Under the pieces are notes generated by a model. That model was not told the DNA's origin, searched no databases, and saw only the letters and a program-made list of their open reading frames with translations. The position numbers and the translations under genes are program-made. Below are positions 13,625 to 25,962 of a DNA stretch of 64,000 nt, piece after piece; position 1 is the stretch's first letter, and the number at the start of each line of letters is the position of its first letter. The DNA lies in the NCBI GenBank assembly GCA_023515725.1, contig JALDTO010000208.1, positions 303,164-367,163 on the forward strand, given 5' to 3'. The DNA is from Amoeboaphelidium protococcarum X5 (taxonomy: Eukaryota > Fungi > Aphelidiomycota).

Positions 13625-14335
13625 TCACTAAATTTCCTTCACTGAACGACCACGAGCATTAGCCACTGCAGCCGGAGTCTAGTGCAGATTGTCAAGAGCA
13701 TGAAATACGGCACGAGAAATCTTAATAGGATTTGGCTTTCCATCGAGGATCTGTACAGCGATGTCTTACACGCCGACAGCCTGGCACACGTCATATGCAT
13801 TTCGCTGAGCTCTGATTGAGTAGCCGGCAGGTTTACTGAAGAGTCGCATTCTCAACGCGCCATACTTCATGTCAATGTCATGGAACAGAGTTCTTCCTTC
13901 ATATAGCTCGTAATGTTTTAATTAACCTCTGGCCAGCTATAATGCGCGCTTCACCGCCTTTGCTGCCTGAGTTGATGTAGCATGAGCCATTCCAGCAGAT
14001 CCGTTCCGATCACCAACGACACACCACGCGTCAAATGTCATTTTCTTACCCAGTCGAGATGGTCGGACCAATTTACGCAGCTTTATCAATCTTTCATATG
14101 GCCTTTTGATGGGGACATTCTAAGGATTTCTATTTTCTCTGGGAAATATCGTCGCATATGGAGATTGATATTGATTCGCGCCACCGCTCAGAGTCTTACC
14201 TAGAGGACTGAAATCAGCTTTCGTAGGATCTTTGATGACTGCTGACTCCTTTGGAAATAACCGGCTACTAACACATCTCATAGGCTGGCCAAATAATCGC
14301 GTCTAAATCTACGTGTGATATCCAAATTTAAACAT
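13625..14335 (-). CDS. MRPS5: Mitochondrial ribosomal protein uS5m
   Basis: VVGDRNGSAGMAH...AVKRALQLARGQLKHYELYEGRTLFHDIDMKYG...KPAGYSIRA...DVCQAVGVQDI. Presequence-like N-terminus. Confidence 0.85.
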
Positions 14336-14458
14336 ATTTTTTACGTGGCGAATTATCAATTTGAAGATCTGAATATTGCAAAAACAACAACCGAGAAAGT
14401 CTTCAAAAAGATATCGATTATCTCTTCATAAAATCCATACAATATTTATAACAAGTAT

Positions 14459-17400
14459 TCAATAATGCAATTTCAGAGTCACAATCTCAAATGGATTAAT
14501 AGAGACAGAGAGAACGCCAGGAGTCGTAATGGCAATGTCTTCAATACGCTCCTCCAGAAGATTCACCTTTTATGCAGTAGTGAATTTGACGCGAGATTTG
14601 AACTCAAACTTGCCTCTACCGCCCATAACTTCATGCAATCTTACAATTACGGCATTACAGTCACTTTTCACATGAGACTCTTCAGGAAGCTTTACAGTGT
14701 CAATAATGACATTATTACAGGATATAGAGAATGCCGATTACACAGAAGATGGTAAAGATTCCATCACGGGAACCAGTTTAGTCAGCAGAGGAACATTAAA
14801 CTTGTAACTCTCTTGAACAACGTCAGACTCGGTGAATGAGCCCAGATGAGGATACAGAGCATACTTAAACTTGTGATGTCCCATATCACAGTTGCCATCA
14901 GGTGCTTTTGGTGCGCGGAGAAGAGTCATTCTCAACACATTGTCCCGCGTGGAATATCCATACTTGGAGTCACTCAGCAAGGCCACACCATAACCATACT
15001 CAGACAGATCGGAATACTTGTGACCACAAACCTCAAACTTTGCAAAGTCTACAGAAGTGTTGAAATGGGTAGGACGCGTCAAATGTCCAAAAGGCACGTC
15101 ATAAGTGGCGTGGTCGCTCTTTACATTAACCGGAAACTCCACCTTGAGTACCTTGTGACTCTCGTGCCACTCTACTTCAGTATCAAAATCGATTCTGGCA
15201 GAGTTGCAAGTCAAGGACACCTTCTGCTTCAACTGGCTCTTGCCGGTCAATGGATGGGTGACTGTGAATGCGACCCTTAGTGGACCATTCTCAATGATCT
15301 AAAGCTGGCCGACTCCAGTCTCGTAAGTCTTCTCCAAATGATACGCCTCAAGATCCCAATTGTCCCAATACAAAGGAAGATCTTGATGAAGAACAAACTT
15401 ATTACCGCAATGCTTCTAGTCGATAAACTACCGCCCGTTGGCCCGTTTATCAACCAAACTCAACAAATGGCCATGACGGCTAAATTTGACATCAATCAAG
15501 GAGTTGGACATTAAGCACTCATCACCATCAAATGATATGGCGACTTGCTCCCTGAAATCGTTGTCTTTAATAGGATTGAAGCTCAATGAAAAGCCTGGAG
15601 TCTTGACCAACACTAAAGCCGAGTTACCGGCAGTAACAACTTGCTCAAATGACGGCTCAACAGCCAGGTCGGACGGAATATCTATCTCCACAACTTCAGC
15701 ACGATCGAATTGCAAAGAATTGTACACAGCGACCTGCATCTAGCAATTCTGAACCATTTCATAGCTCGGTTCCTTCTATATTCCAAGCACAGATTTAATC
15801 TACTCCGTCTTGTCGCCAGATAAACCAGAGCTAACAGCGTTGTATATCATTTGATTGAAAGCATCTGAACGCAACTTGGTACCCAATGAATAAATCTCTT
15901 CATAATCACGACGCGTGTCTACATATACCAATTCAATTGAAGTACCAGGTAAAATATCATGAAACTAGTTGAATAACAGCTTCTTCCACATAGCATCCAA
16001 TTAATCTCTCGGATACTAGCCATTCCCTAATAGTACATAAAGCTACTCGATGTCACGCAGAAGAAATTCACTCTTTCTATTGAACCATTTAACGAATGCC
16101 TGAGAGGTGTATGTACCTCTATGAAGTTCAAAGTACAGCTCTGAGCTCCATGTGAGATAAGAGTCAGAATCAGCTTGATGCAAGTTCTTGAAAAAATCTT
16201 ATGGACTGCCCATCTTAACTTTAGGAAGTCCTTTGACACCGCCCTTCATCCTCTCCAATCTCTCAAGCATATCATACGTTGCCCCATTACCGCCATCACC
16301 GTGTCCAAATAGGTACATTGACTGATTAGAAAGCTCCTTATCCTTATGATTCTTGACATTGTACAACACTTCTTTCACAGTACCTAGACCGCAATAAGTA
16401 TCAGCAGGCGGAAAATGGGTCAACACCCTGCTACCATCCAATCCCTTCCACCAGAAGGTGGTGTGAGGAAACTTATTGATATTATTCCAGCTCAATTTCT
16501 GCGTAAGAAAGTAATCTGCTCCAGACAACTTCATAATTTGAGGCAACTGTGCACTATAACCAAAGGTATCAGGTAGCCAGAATATGTCACAGTACTATCC
16601 AAAGTGTTCTTTGAAAAAACGCTATCCGTACAGAAATTATCTGCAAAATGACTCTCCAGATGGCAAATTTCCGTCCATTTCCACCCAAGTGGCGCCAACC
16701 GGAATAAACTGACCACATTTGGCCTTCTCCTTTAATCTCTCGAATAGCTCTGGGTAATCATTCATCACGGATTCTAGTTGACAAGCCTGTGAGACGGCAA
16801 ACTTATAATCAGGATACTTTTCCATCAGAACAAGCTGGCTGGCCCAAGATCGAGCACATTTACGGCGAGTCTCATCCCACATCCACAGCCAACAAGAATC
16901 GATATGACACATACCGACAGCTGTGATTTCATGGTCAGCAGGGCCGGCTTGAGCAGAGAGAAACTTTTAAGCAATCTGCCTTGCCTAGCTCCACGTCTAC
17001 TTATCTTCTGCCAGAAATGTATTAGCAATGGAGTTGGCTGTGACCAAAGCTTCAGCTGCAAGTTGGCTATCCGAAGGGAGTTCTTTCGCCATGTCTGATA
17101 TAATATAATAATCGTACCAAAGGCCCAATGCAACTTGGTCATATACAACCAGTTCAGCGGTATCCAAAGTGAACTGTCGGTCAGTTTTAGGAGGTTGAAT
17201 ACTATCACCACCAGACGCATTGCCAAACATACCATTACAAGCCATTTCAACATATAAAACAATATGCCCGCCATCACTGCTCCCCAACAGCTTATTATCC
17301 AAGGCAAAATCGAGTCTCTTATCATTCCCACTACCACCATTCAATCCTTGGAGACATTTACCATCGTGAGACCAGATCATCGCCTCGCTGTTAGAATTCC

Positions 17401-17707
17401 AGCGCAGCCAAATCTTATCATTATCTTTCTCCACGAAACCTTTAGGGATAGAAATTTATATTCTAAACCAAACCGTAGCCCAGCTAGGACCAAACTTGTC
17501 ACCAACTCTTGCAGGCTCATATTACCCCAATAGAGCCTCCTTGAATGTGATACGTTTCAACTCCGGGACAGTGTAGGATTCAATCTTCAAGCATTCACTG
17601 CTCCGTTTCTTCACCAAACAGGAGTACAAATTAATGTCTGCATATCTCTACTCACTCTTGAAAGTGTCCAGGCGATTCAAAGTAATATTTCTATGAAATT
17701 TGTACAT
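14459..17707 (-). CDS. AMS1: GH38 cytosolic/vacuolar alpha-mannosidase (Ams1/MAN2C1)
   Basis: [93 protein letters not shown]. Confidence 0.95.
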
Positions 17708-17944
17708 ATTGAGCCTAACTATTATATGCCAAGATACAAATAAGCTTCGTGAACAAAAAGTGTAAAACAATTATAGACAAGTGTGTGAGAGGAAAGAAGA
17801 GAGACGCGTCACCAAAGTTGAAACGACAAGACGCTCGCTCGTTTCACACTCAACTTTACTATTCATTTTGTTTCATATTTCCTTATGGTTGTCACTTCGT
17901 TTTATTACCCATTGTGCATTCCATATATATTTTCACGTTCAGAA

Positions 17945-19193
17945 TCATTGTTTCGGTGTCTCTTGTTAGTATTATTTCTCTTCCAACTCAAAATCGCCAA
18001 AGTCTACACAGCTCGAAAACATTGGAGTGTCTACATCCATGTCATCCTCTGTCTTGACATCAGTTACTGCTGAATCTTTTGGCTATGTGACGTCTAAAGT
18101 AGGCTAAATGTCTAGAGAGGGCTTAGTAGCAGTTGGCATTTGTTCCCCAATAAGCTTCTTTTACTGCGCGTTATATCCTGGACATTCAAGACCAGCCTTT
18201 AGAAAGCGTGGTAGCATTGATTCGCTTATGTGATGATGATCCTTCTGGATGTGCTATTTCAAAATTGTGACCGCCTGCATATACATGTCAAAGATCTCTT
18301 TTTGATGTCTCTCAGATGGCTTCACTTTTGCGTCCGTCCATTATATCTTCTCCAGCATTGACATGATCAGTTCATAAGGTCTATCAGCACATTTGCGAGA
18401 GAAATGTTGCTACAATAGTTTAGAGTTATTGATAAACGAGACTGGTATAAATCAAACGCTCAGAGGGTAGATTTACCTTATAGTCTTTGCAAACCATTAG
18501 AATGGCTTGGCGTTCACTCTGAGTTATGTACTATTCCTTCTGTGACTTGGTATGATAACTCCATTGTGGAAATAGTCTACGCATCAGCTCCTAATGGTTA
18601 GATACGCGTAGTGAAATCACTCGATTCTTCATCAATAGTTAATTTTTCAACTTGATGCAGTCCATTGCGATTCCAACGTTCTCAACTTCAATGTACGCGT
18701 CCGCCAGTGTTTTACCCATTGTTTTAGCCGGACTATCCAACGCAAGGTCCATCAAAATATGGCACGACTTGATCTGAAACGGATCAAAATACTGTTCAAT
18801 GTCGCGTCTTGAAACGTCCCACGGAATGTTTGAAATACAAATTACAACCGAATGGCACAGATCACTGACTGTGGATACAATACACATATCACTGCTTCCA
18901 ACTTTAGAACTACTTTGCTTACCATATGGTACAAAATTAGCAGTTGCAATACTTTTAATCATTTTATTTGACATCAATATTGGACCAGAAGGAGTTTAAT
19001 AGTTTGATGATACAAAATTCTCTTTGTTACCGAGTGTTGACGCGTCTTTCATCACCTTCACAACAGGAGCTGCACCAGTCTTTTCTACCGGTTTGACGCG
19101 TTTCGAACCTACAGGGCCATACAATCCCAGTTGAGACTTCTTGAAGCATACAACTTCATCATTAACTGAGGCAAAACTTTCAAAAATAGTCAT
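17945..19193 (-). CDS. RRM-containing protein of a fungal family; 1 intron
   Basis: VICISNIPWDVSRRDIEQYF...GKTLADAYIEV, then after an intron (about 18410-18476) HFSRKCADRPYELIMSMLEKIQW. Confidence 0.75.
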
Positions 19194-19577
19194 ATTGATA
19201 CAGAGATCTCCAGACGTCTGATACAAAACTTGAAACAATAGAAACGAAAGAGATTGAAGCTCACATCATGAGGTTATGAGTTGTTTCGAAACCATACGTT
19301 AAGCTGGTACTGAAAATTAATTAAGCAGCGATAAAACATTTTCTCATTTTGTAACATACAGTCTAACACAAGAGTGGTCACGGATTATTTGATGGGAGCA
19401 CAAAACTGGTCATCGTTGAGGCACCAATTTCGACAGCCAATTAGCGATCAGATACTTACGGATTTCATGAACACAAGAATTGATTCGCGTGCATCGTGGA
19501 TTGTCAGTGATCGTAGTTTATCAATTCCAGCTTCTTTCCTCACTAACTTACATAGATTCATTTAATTAATAGTAATA

Positions 19578-20867
19578 ATGTCTTTGTATATGAAATAAGA
19601 ATGTGATGACAGCAATGGTAATCTATCTTAGCATTATCCAAAATCACCGCGTCGACAGCAATCACGGCGAGCATCATCAGGGAAAGTCGACATTAGCTAG
19701 TAGTAGTGTTTAAACACTCAAAAATTCTATAAACTCGAATAAGGCTCGATGCTGAAAAGATCGGTATCAAGTATGCGGTAAAGACATGCAGTCAATAGCG
19801 CTGTAAAAGGTGGCGTAAATCATCCTGGTCATATTCGTACAAGGGGTAAAATGACTGATGATCGTAGGGGACAATCTAAATCGCCAGGCATCTAGATGTA
19901 AAAGTGTTATACTCCTCAAATTGATTTGCAGGTTAGTGGTAAATTATAGAGAAAAAAACTAAAGCGTTCAATGTCTTTACCTCTTACAAGACGTGATAAG
20001 CAGCTGATCCACTCTGTTCATCAATCCCATGCCTCCGCGTCTAAAGATATCCTTGATCGCAAGATCAATCAGGCTAAGCCAAAAATCACGGAGATTAATC
20101 AATTAAGGTAATAGCTATAGCTACCATCCAAAGTTATGCTTCGCTTGAAATTGCTTAATCCTCAATCTACCGTTGCCCTGTCTGGAGTTCAAGCATGTCC
20201 TCTGCTCTCGGATAAACTCATATTGCGCAAGTCTGAGCAAATGCAATAGTAACGGGAAGTTACTGTTGCTGATATATAAAAAGGAGGTCTTAATCCACTG
20301 CTTAAGTCTAATGTTCCATTGGCTTATTTCCTTGCATACCTCATTCGAAGTCTCGCACCTGAAAATCTTTTGTTTTATCTGGCAGTGACGCGATACTAGA
20401 ATGAGCTACATCTCTCTCCATCCAATCAGGCCAAGTAGGCGCGTAAAATCTGTAAAATGTTCTTTGAAGACGAATCTTCAATGCAGCTCAATTTGAATTA
20501 GAAGGTTGTCGAGGAAACTAGGGCGATGATCCGCACGAGTTTTGATAGAGCCGATCGAGATCCTAATGCTGTCGTATCAACTCATCGATGCTTCGATCCA
20601 GCTGTTAAAGCAGTCAAATTGATGCTTGAAGATTCTTATCGTGGATTCAAAAAGGATGAGCTGTTCCAGAAGATGGCTAATGACTTGGCAGAGACTGTTG
20701 AATTCAGCGACGTTCATCGATCTCTTGCGTACAATGTTTTGAAGTAATCACTCAAAGGCCTCAATCAAGATCCTTCATTTTATCCAGTTTTGGTGGCTGA
20801 GATGGCCAAATTCTGTCGCGATCGATTAAATCTAATTTAAAAGCCTCACAGTGCTAGATAGCGGTGA
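19578..20867 (+). CDS. RGS-domain protein
   Basis: PLAYFLAYLIRSLAPENLLFYLAV...ARKICKMFFEDESSMQLNL...CFDPAVKAVKLMLEDSYRGF. Ser-rich N-terminus. TGA at 20865. Confidence 0.8.
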
Positions 20868-20970
20868 AGTGTGTAGATATATCTGTAAGTTATTCAATGC
20901 GTGTGATTGGTGATATGAACGCCTAGTCAAATATTGTTGAATTATAATCACAATTATAACTTTTATTTAA

Positions 20971-22403
20971 TCATTTTCTAGGGTCAAGAAACTCATTAGG
21001 CACAATAAAATTGAGCTTCGATAAAGTGCTATTGTTAGGAGCTTCATTGACATTAAGAAGTGCGCATAGAATCTTATAAACGTCTAGATTAGACATTCCA
21101 GCAGATTCCGCGATGGTGAAATTCTTGGCAAATTGCGGGCCATGTCCAATGAATATAGAGTGCATATCAGGATCCCGCGGATCGTAGCCATGAGTTCCTT
21201 TGAGGAAATAGTCACCTCTCTTCTAGGAGATGGTGTAAGGCTGATCTGCAACCAAAATTATCGGCGAGATTCTATTGCTATTGCTGTATTAGTAGATGGG
21301 AGGTATTTCACCGCGTTTATATACGTTCCAAGTCTTGTCTTTAACACTTTAATTCTTCAGAGCAGTGTAGACAACATCAGCAACAGAATCGTTGTGGGGC
21401 TGGATGTGAAGTACGGAGAGCCATCGTAAACGGTAATATAATTTGTCACATTCAGACCGGCAGAGGTTTAAATATCTTCCAAGTAGACTACTTTATTCGG
21501 ATCAGTCGCAGCCATACCGTGATCACTGACAATAACCAAATTGACATAATCTAAAGCATTCCTTGCTTTCAATCCATCAATCAATCGACCTATAGCATCA
21601 GTATCAACTCTCTTAATCTCTTCGTCCACAGCGGAAGAATCTGGTCCATTTGCATGACCTGTGGAATCGACAGAGGAGATGTACATTGCAATCAAATCTG
21701 GTCCATAAGTCTGATCCCAGGCGTATCGTTCACCAAGCCATTCAAGCACTTGATCAACACGCGCACTATTATCCATCTCTTTAGCCTGGCTGTATGGAAT
21801 GTATCGATCTGGATGCATCCCATTAACCGGAGCCTCACTACCAGGCCAGAAGCAGACATTCGAGCTGAGTTACTATCGCTTGATAGTATTCCATATTGGC
21901 TCACCTAGCCACCATCGAGGATCCTTGCTACAAGTGTCGTTGGTATAGGTGAAGACATCATCAATCACCGGGTCATAGAATTGATTAGACACAATACCAT
22001 GGCTCTCAGACAGGAGACCAGTCACGATAGACCAATGATTCGGGAAAGTCTTGCTGGGAAATTCTGGCTGCATAAAAGGGGCATGTACACCATTATCGAT
22101 AAGCCGCTATAGATTAGGAGTCAACTAACGCTGCAGATACCTGGCTGCAAATCCATCTAGCGATATGAGAATCACCGGATTAGGCCTATCAGCCGGTGAT
22201 ATTTGACCATCTCTGCTTATCACCAGAGCTATAGAGAGACTGAATACTGTAATGAATAGAGCAGATAGACAGCCTATGATCAGCCACAATTTCCACTTTC
22301 GCTGCTAAATATGCTAGAATACAATCTGTTGCTTTTCCACTTAAAACCCGTCCTCCTCATCTACAGTCTTAATTATTAATTGATCTTTTTCCATATTTTC
22401 CAT
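20971..22403 (-). CDS. Type II membrane ectonucleotide pyrophosphatase/phosphodiesterase (ENPP/Npp1), with an apparent 1-nt frameshift near 21414
   Basis: TM helix, VILISLDGF, FPSKTFPNHWSIVTGL, VDSTGHANGPDS, VSDHGM, GTHGYDP...MHSIFIGHGP. The N- and C-terminal halves lie in different frames. Confidence 0.88.
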
Positions 22404-22961
22404 TTACATTTACTCTCCAAGCATTCAATTAATTAATCAATCATATAGACTGAATAGGATTTGATGGAGAAAATCTGAAAAAAACGATAGAAAACTACAC
22501 AATTCTAAGAGGGGCGGAAGTGATCTAATAATAGAAAGCTCGTGGAAAATCCTCAGTAATCTACTAAATAAACAAATACAAAAGATGGTAAAATAAAACG
22601 CGTTTATTATTGTAAAGATCATCTGTGACTAACAACAAAATCAACTGATAAAGAATTTTATCATCCGCACACACACACTCAACTTCGACAAGCAATCTAT
22701 CTCCACACTCTTCTCCAGGACGCGACCATCAAACAGGGCCGCCAGAATTCCATCCACTAAGAGTTGGCTAATGATAGACTCAAATTGCTGCCAGATTTAA
22801 ATCATGACATTTCAAAGCCTTAGATAGCAATAGTACTTCTAATACTGTTAAGCGTATCCCGCCTACTACATAATGTAATTCTCGCTGGATGCATTTTAAA
22901 TGCTACTACAAACGAGCGGTCAGATTATACAATCACAGAGCATTAACTAAACTTACCATTA

Positions 22962-23518
22962 TCAGAAATACACTATCCAATGCACGTCTCAAATGGCCAG
23001 AGGCACGACATACAAAAGAATGAATCGCTATAAAAATTACAGTACTTAAAGACATACATTCATCATCAAGTTCTTCATCACCGGTGTCCAACTCGGATAA
23101 GAAGAGACCTGGGCCGTTCATTGCGGCAGACATTAAGAGAGGCAACTTGGAGGCTAGTGCTACACACATATATATATACGAAGATATAAATATATCGACG
23201 CGTTATCATATCAATATCAACGACCGTGGATGTAATCTTACCAATACCAACAGCTCTCTTGGCAGCAGCGCGTTCTATCGACGCGAAAGTAGTCTTGGCT
23301 TAGTAAGTGAACTTCCCGCTGGCAGACGGCTTGAAATCAAATCCTGCAGCTTTGGCATACTGAGCAAATGATGAGTATTTCCTGTGGGATGAGGATGATG
23401 ATGATGATGATGATGACTGATATTGCTATCTGAATGACTTGCCAAAGTTTGCAGAACTAAAATTTCTAAAGCCGCCAGCCCCGCGTGAATAAGCTCTACT
23501 GGATGCACCGCGAAACAT
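22962..23518 (-). CDS. Small hypothetical protein with mitochondrial-presequence-like N-terminus and acidic tail; at least 2 introns
   Basis: MFRGASSRAYSRGAGGFRNFSSANFGKSFRQQYQSSSS...AVGI|ALASKLPLLMSAAMNGPGLFLSELDTGDEELDDE. Canonical GTAAGA...TGTAG intron at about 23160-23241. 3' exon structure uncertain. Confidence 0.55.
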
Positions 23519-24390
23519 TATAGATTCTAGTGGTAACTGTGTGATATATTGTCGGGCGGAAACAAGGCTGTGATACTGCGAAATAATGACGAAATCGTTT
23601 CCAACGCGCCGCTCTCTCTTTAAAAGTTTTGGCGATTTGGGTCAAGGTCTTTCTTTTGTCGCGATTCCATTCTTTCTGCTGCTTTTCATTCGTTTCGAGA
23701 TTTATTTAGCGGACGGATCACGGCGATGACGATCGCATCATAGTCTGAACTCTGCTTAGAACAACACTTTTACATTAGTTCTAAACTTGCTGATTGCTCC
23801 TCAATAATAATTATTCAACATTTTTCTATTCAACAATGTCAAATGATGCCAGACTTTTCATTAAAGACAGTCATTCAATGTTGAAAATATCGCGTTCATC
23901 GGCTCTTGAATTCTAAAATTTTTTAGATTCAATAGTGATACTCTTTATCATTCAAAATCGTAATAAATTATTAGAGTCACCTATGAAAACCTCCAAAATT
24001 GGTCCCGTAGGCCAAAACCGTGAGTCAATTTAGGAATTAGACCAGGTGCTTCATAAAAAGACTGTTTGAGTCGGGAATTTAGTACTGCGCCACCCACACC
24101 CGCTGAGCTACGAGATAAAATTGACATCAAATTGCTTACAACACACTATTTATATCCAGAAATAACATTTGATTTTGTATATAGTTTGGTACCAATTAAA
24201 TCACATTGAGGGTGTCTTATATCATCGAACAGAATGACCAAAAATTCGGGTTTCGAGTTACGGTCATGCCGTTACATTCACCTGAAAGCCGTGGTAACAT
24301 GTGCCCCTGAATCCACGGAAAATTATATATTTCCCATTAAAAAAACTTCGCTTTTTCTAGACTTTTAATAATCCATTCGAAATTATTAAT

Positions 24391-25524
24391 ATGTTGCTCT
24401 GGTACTAGCTTATCTTGTCGTGCTTGCTCATGATGCATTTGGTCAACGCTAACTACAATGAAATGTAAAGGTGCAAAGGCTTTGCCGAATATCTTCAGAG
24501 TCGACGCTTCATTAGATATTTGGCATCTGGTAGCTACGCAAGAGTATACTAGATATCAGATGGCACAGTTATAAAGACTCCAAGCTCGGAGTTGGCTGGC
24601 GCGTAAATTGAGAAAGAGGTGCTCATTTCTCATGAATTGTCTGATCTGCTCGATGCCGGATATATTCGTGGCGTCGTATAATTTTACTATGCGATGTATT
24701 GTCCAACTACAGCAATATTGCTTCCTTCTGAATCAAATTATTATCTTTAGATGGAGAAACTAGATAAACCCATGGTATCTTACTTGGCTGGTTTGTCGGC
24801 GTCGTTTCAAGTCTTTGAAACATCTCGATCATTTCTCCTGCAAATTCTATCTACTTTGTATGTCGCCAACTAACTGACAGGTTTTGTTATGCTGGACACT
24901 AATCCTGCCAATTTGATGATCAAAAGCGCGTATGATCGTCGACGGCATTTCGATAGCCTGTCTATCGTAGTCTCGGATTTCGACTCCTTCCTCATTCCAC
25001 TCTCAGCCTCTAATTGGTAAATGGTAAAGATGATTGATTTTGGGCACGCGTAAATCATCCATGATGGCATAATTGTCTAGTCTGGCGAAATTTGGCATTC
25101 TAGGATTTATCATCAAGATGTCAATGCTAGATTTGCAGTTTTCGCAGTGTTATCAGTGCTTCCTATTGACGCGTTACTTTCATTGCGACAAACCTCTTCT
25201 GAATAGTATCAACAATTGGATGATATCGCCAAGTACGTCTTGCAATATCACATGAAAGCTTATAAGTCCTGCTGGATATCCGCCGATAATCTTATATCTT
25301 TTGTATCCTCAATCCAGTAGAATGAAATGAAATAAGATTGTGTTCGAGAATCTCTGCTGGATCAGCCGCTGTATCAATCATTGAGTTGGACTAAACTATT
25401 TAATTAGGCAATCTTCTCAGAACTGCGTTCTCATGATAAAAACAAAAATGATGCCCAAGTGATATCTTACGCAAATATATATGGCCACAACAACAACAAT
25501 AATGATGGAGAAATGAATTAATGA
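24391..25524 (+). CDS. Secreted-type atypical protein kinase, paralog A (signal peptide plus divergent kinase domain), intronless
   Basis: MLLWYQLILSCLLMMHLVNA|..., G-loop LASGSYARVY, VIK, EKE, catalytic loop FVMLDTNPANLMI, VKMIDFG. 377 aa to TGA. Confidence 0.82.
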
Positions 25525-25962
25525 TTCTATTATGCTCTATCTCTCTCCGACTATACAATGTAGTCTCAATGCGGTGTGGCGTAGTTTCTTAACGCGTAGT
25601 CTATATTATGAGCGATATATTTAGACTGCTTTTAAATAAAGTAGAATAGACTATAATTTTATTTTCCTTACATTACTATTACCGAACGCGAAATGTTGAT
25701 TTATGTCTTGTGAATTTTCATAAAGATTGCAACAATGACAAACATTGGATCGACACCGTGACTCAAGATCAAAAGCGCGCGCGTGGTTTCACATGCCGTG
25801 TGATGCAATTGGCTGAGATTGAAAAATCGTGTCACACATCATCGCAATACTTAGCCGTAATCACCTTATTATTAAGCAATCATTTTCTTCTCTTCCCATA
25901 CCAGCTAGTAATTCTAAAGTACTCGATATAGAAGATAGCATAGAGAAAGCTGATCGGGTGGG

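Noticed and set aside
23275-23508. Poly-His ORF in the track
   Set aside because: Wrong frame. The same (TCA)n repeat encodes poly-Ser in the ATG-initiated, spliced frame.
24050-24125. tRNA-like TCGTAGCTCAGCGG on the minus strand
   Set aside because: No T-arm (GTTCRA) or acceptor stem at the right spacing.
24230-24320. Hairpins and a 5S-rRNA-like start (GTTACGGTCAT)
   Set aside because: Similarity does not extend past about 11 nt and no internal 5S motifs are present.
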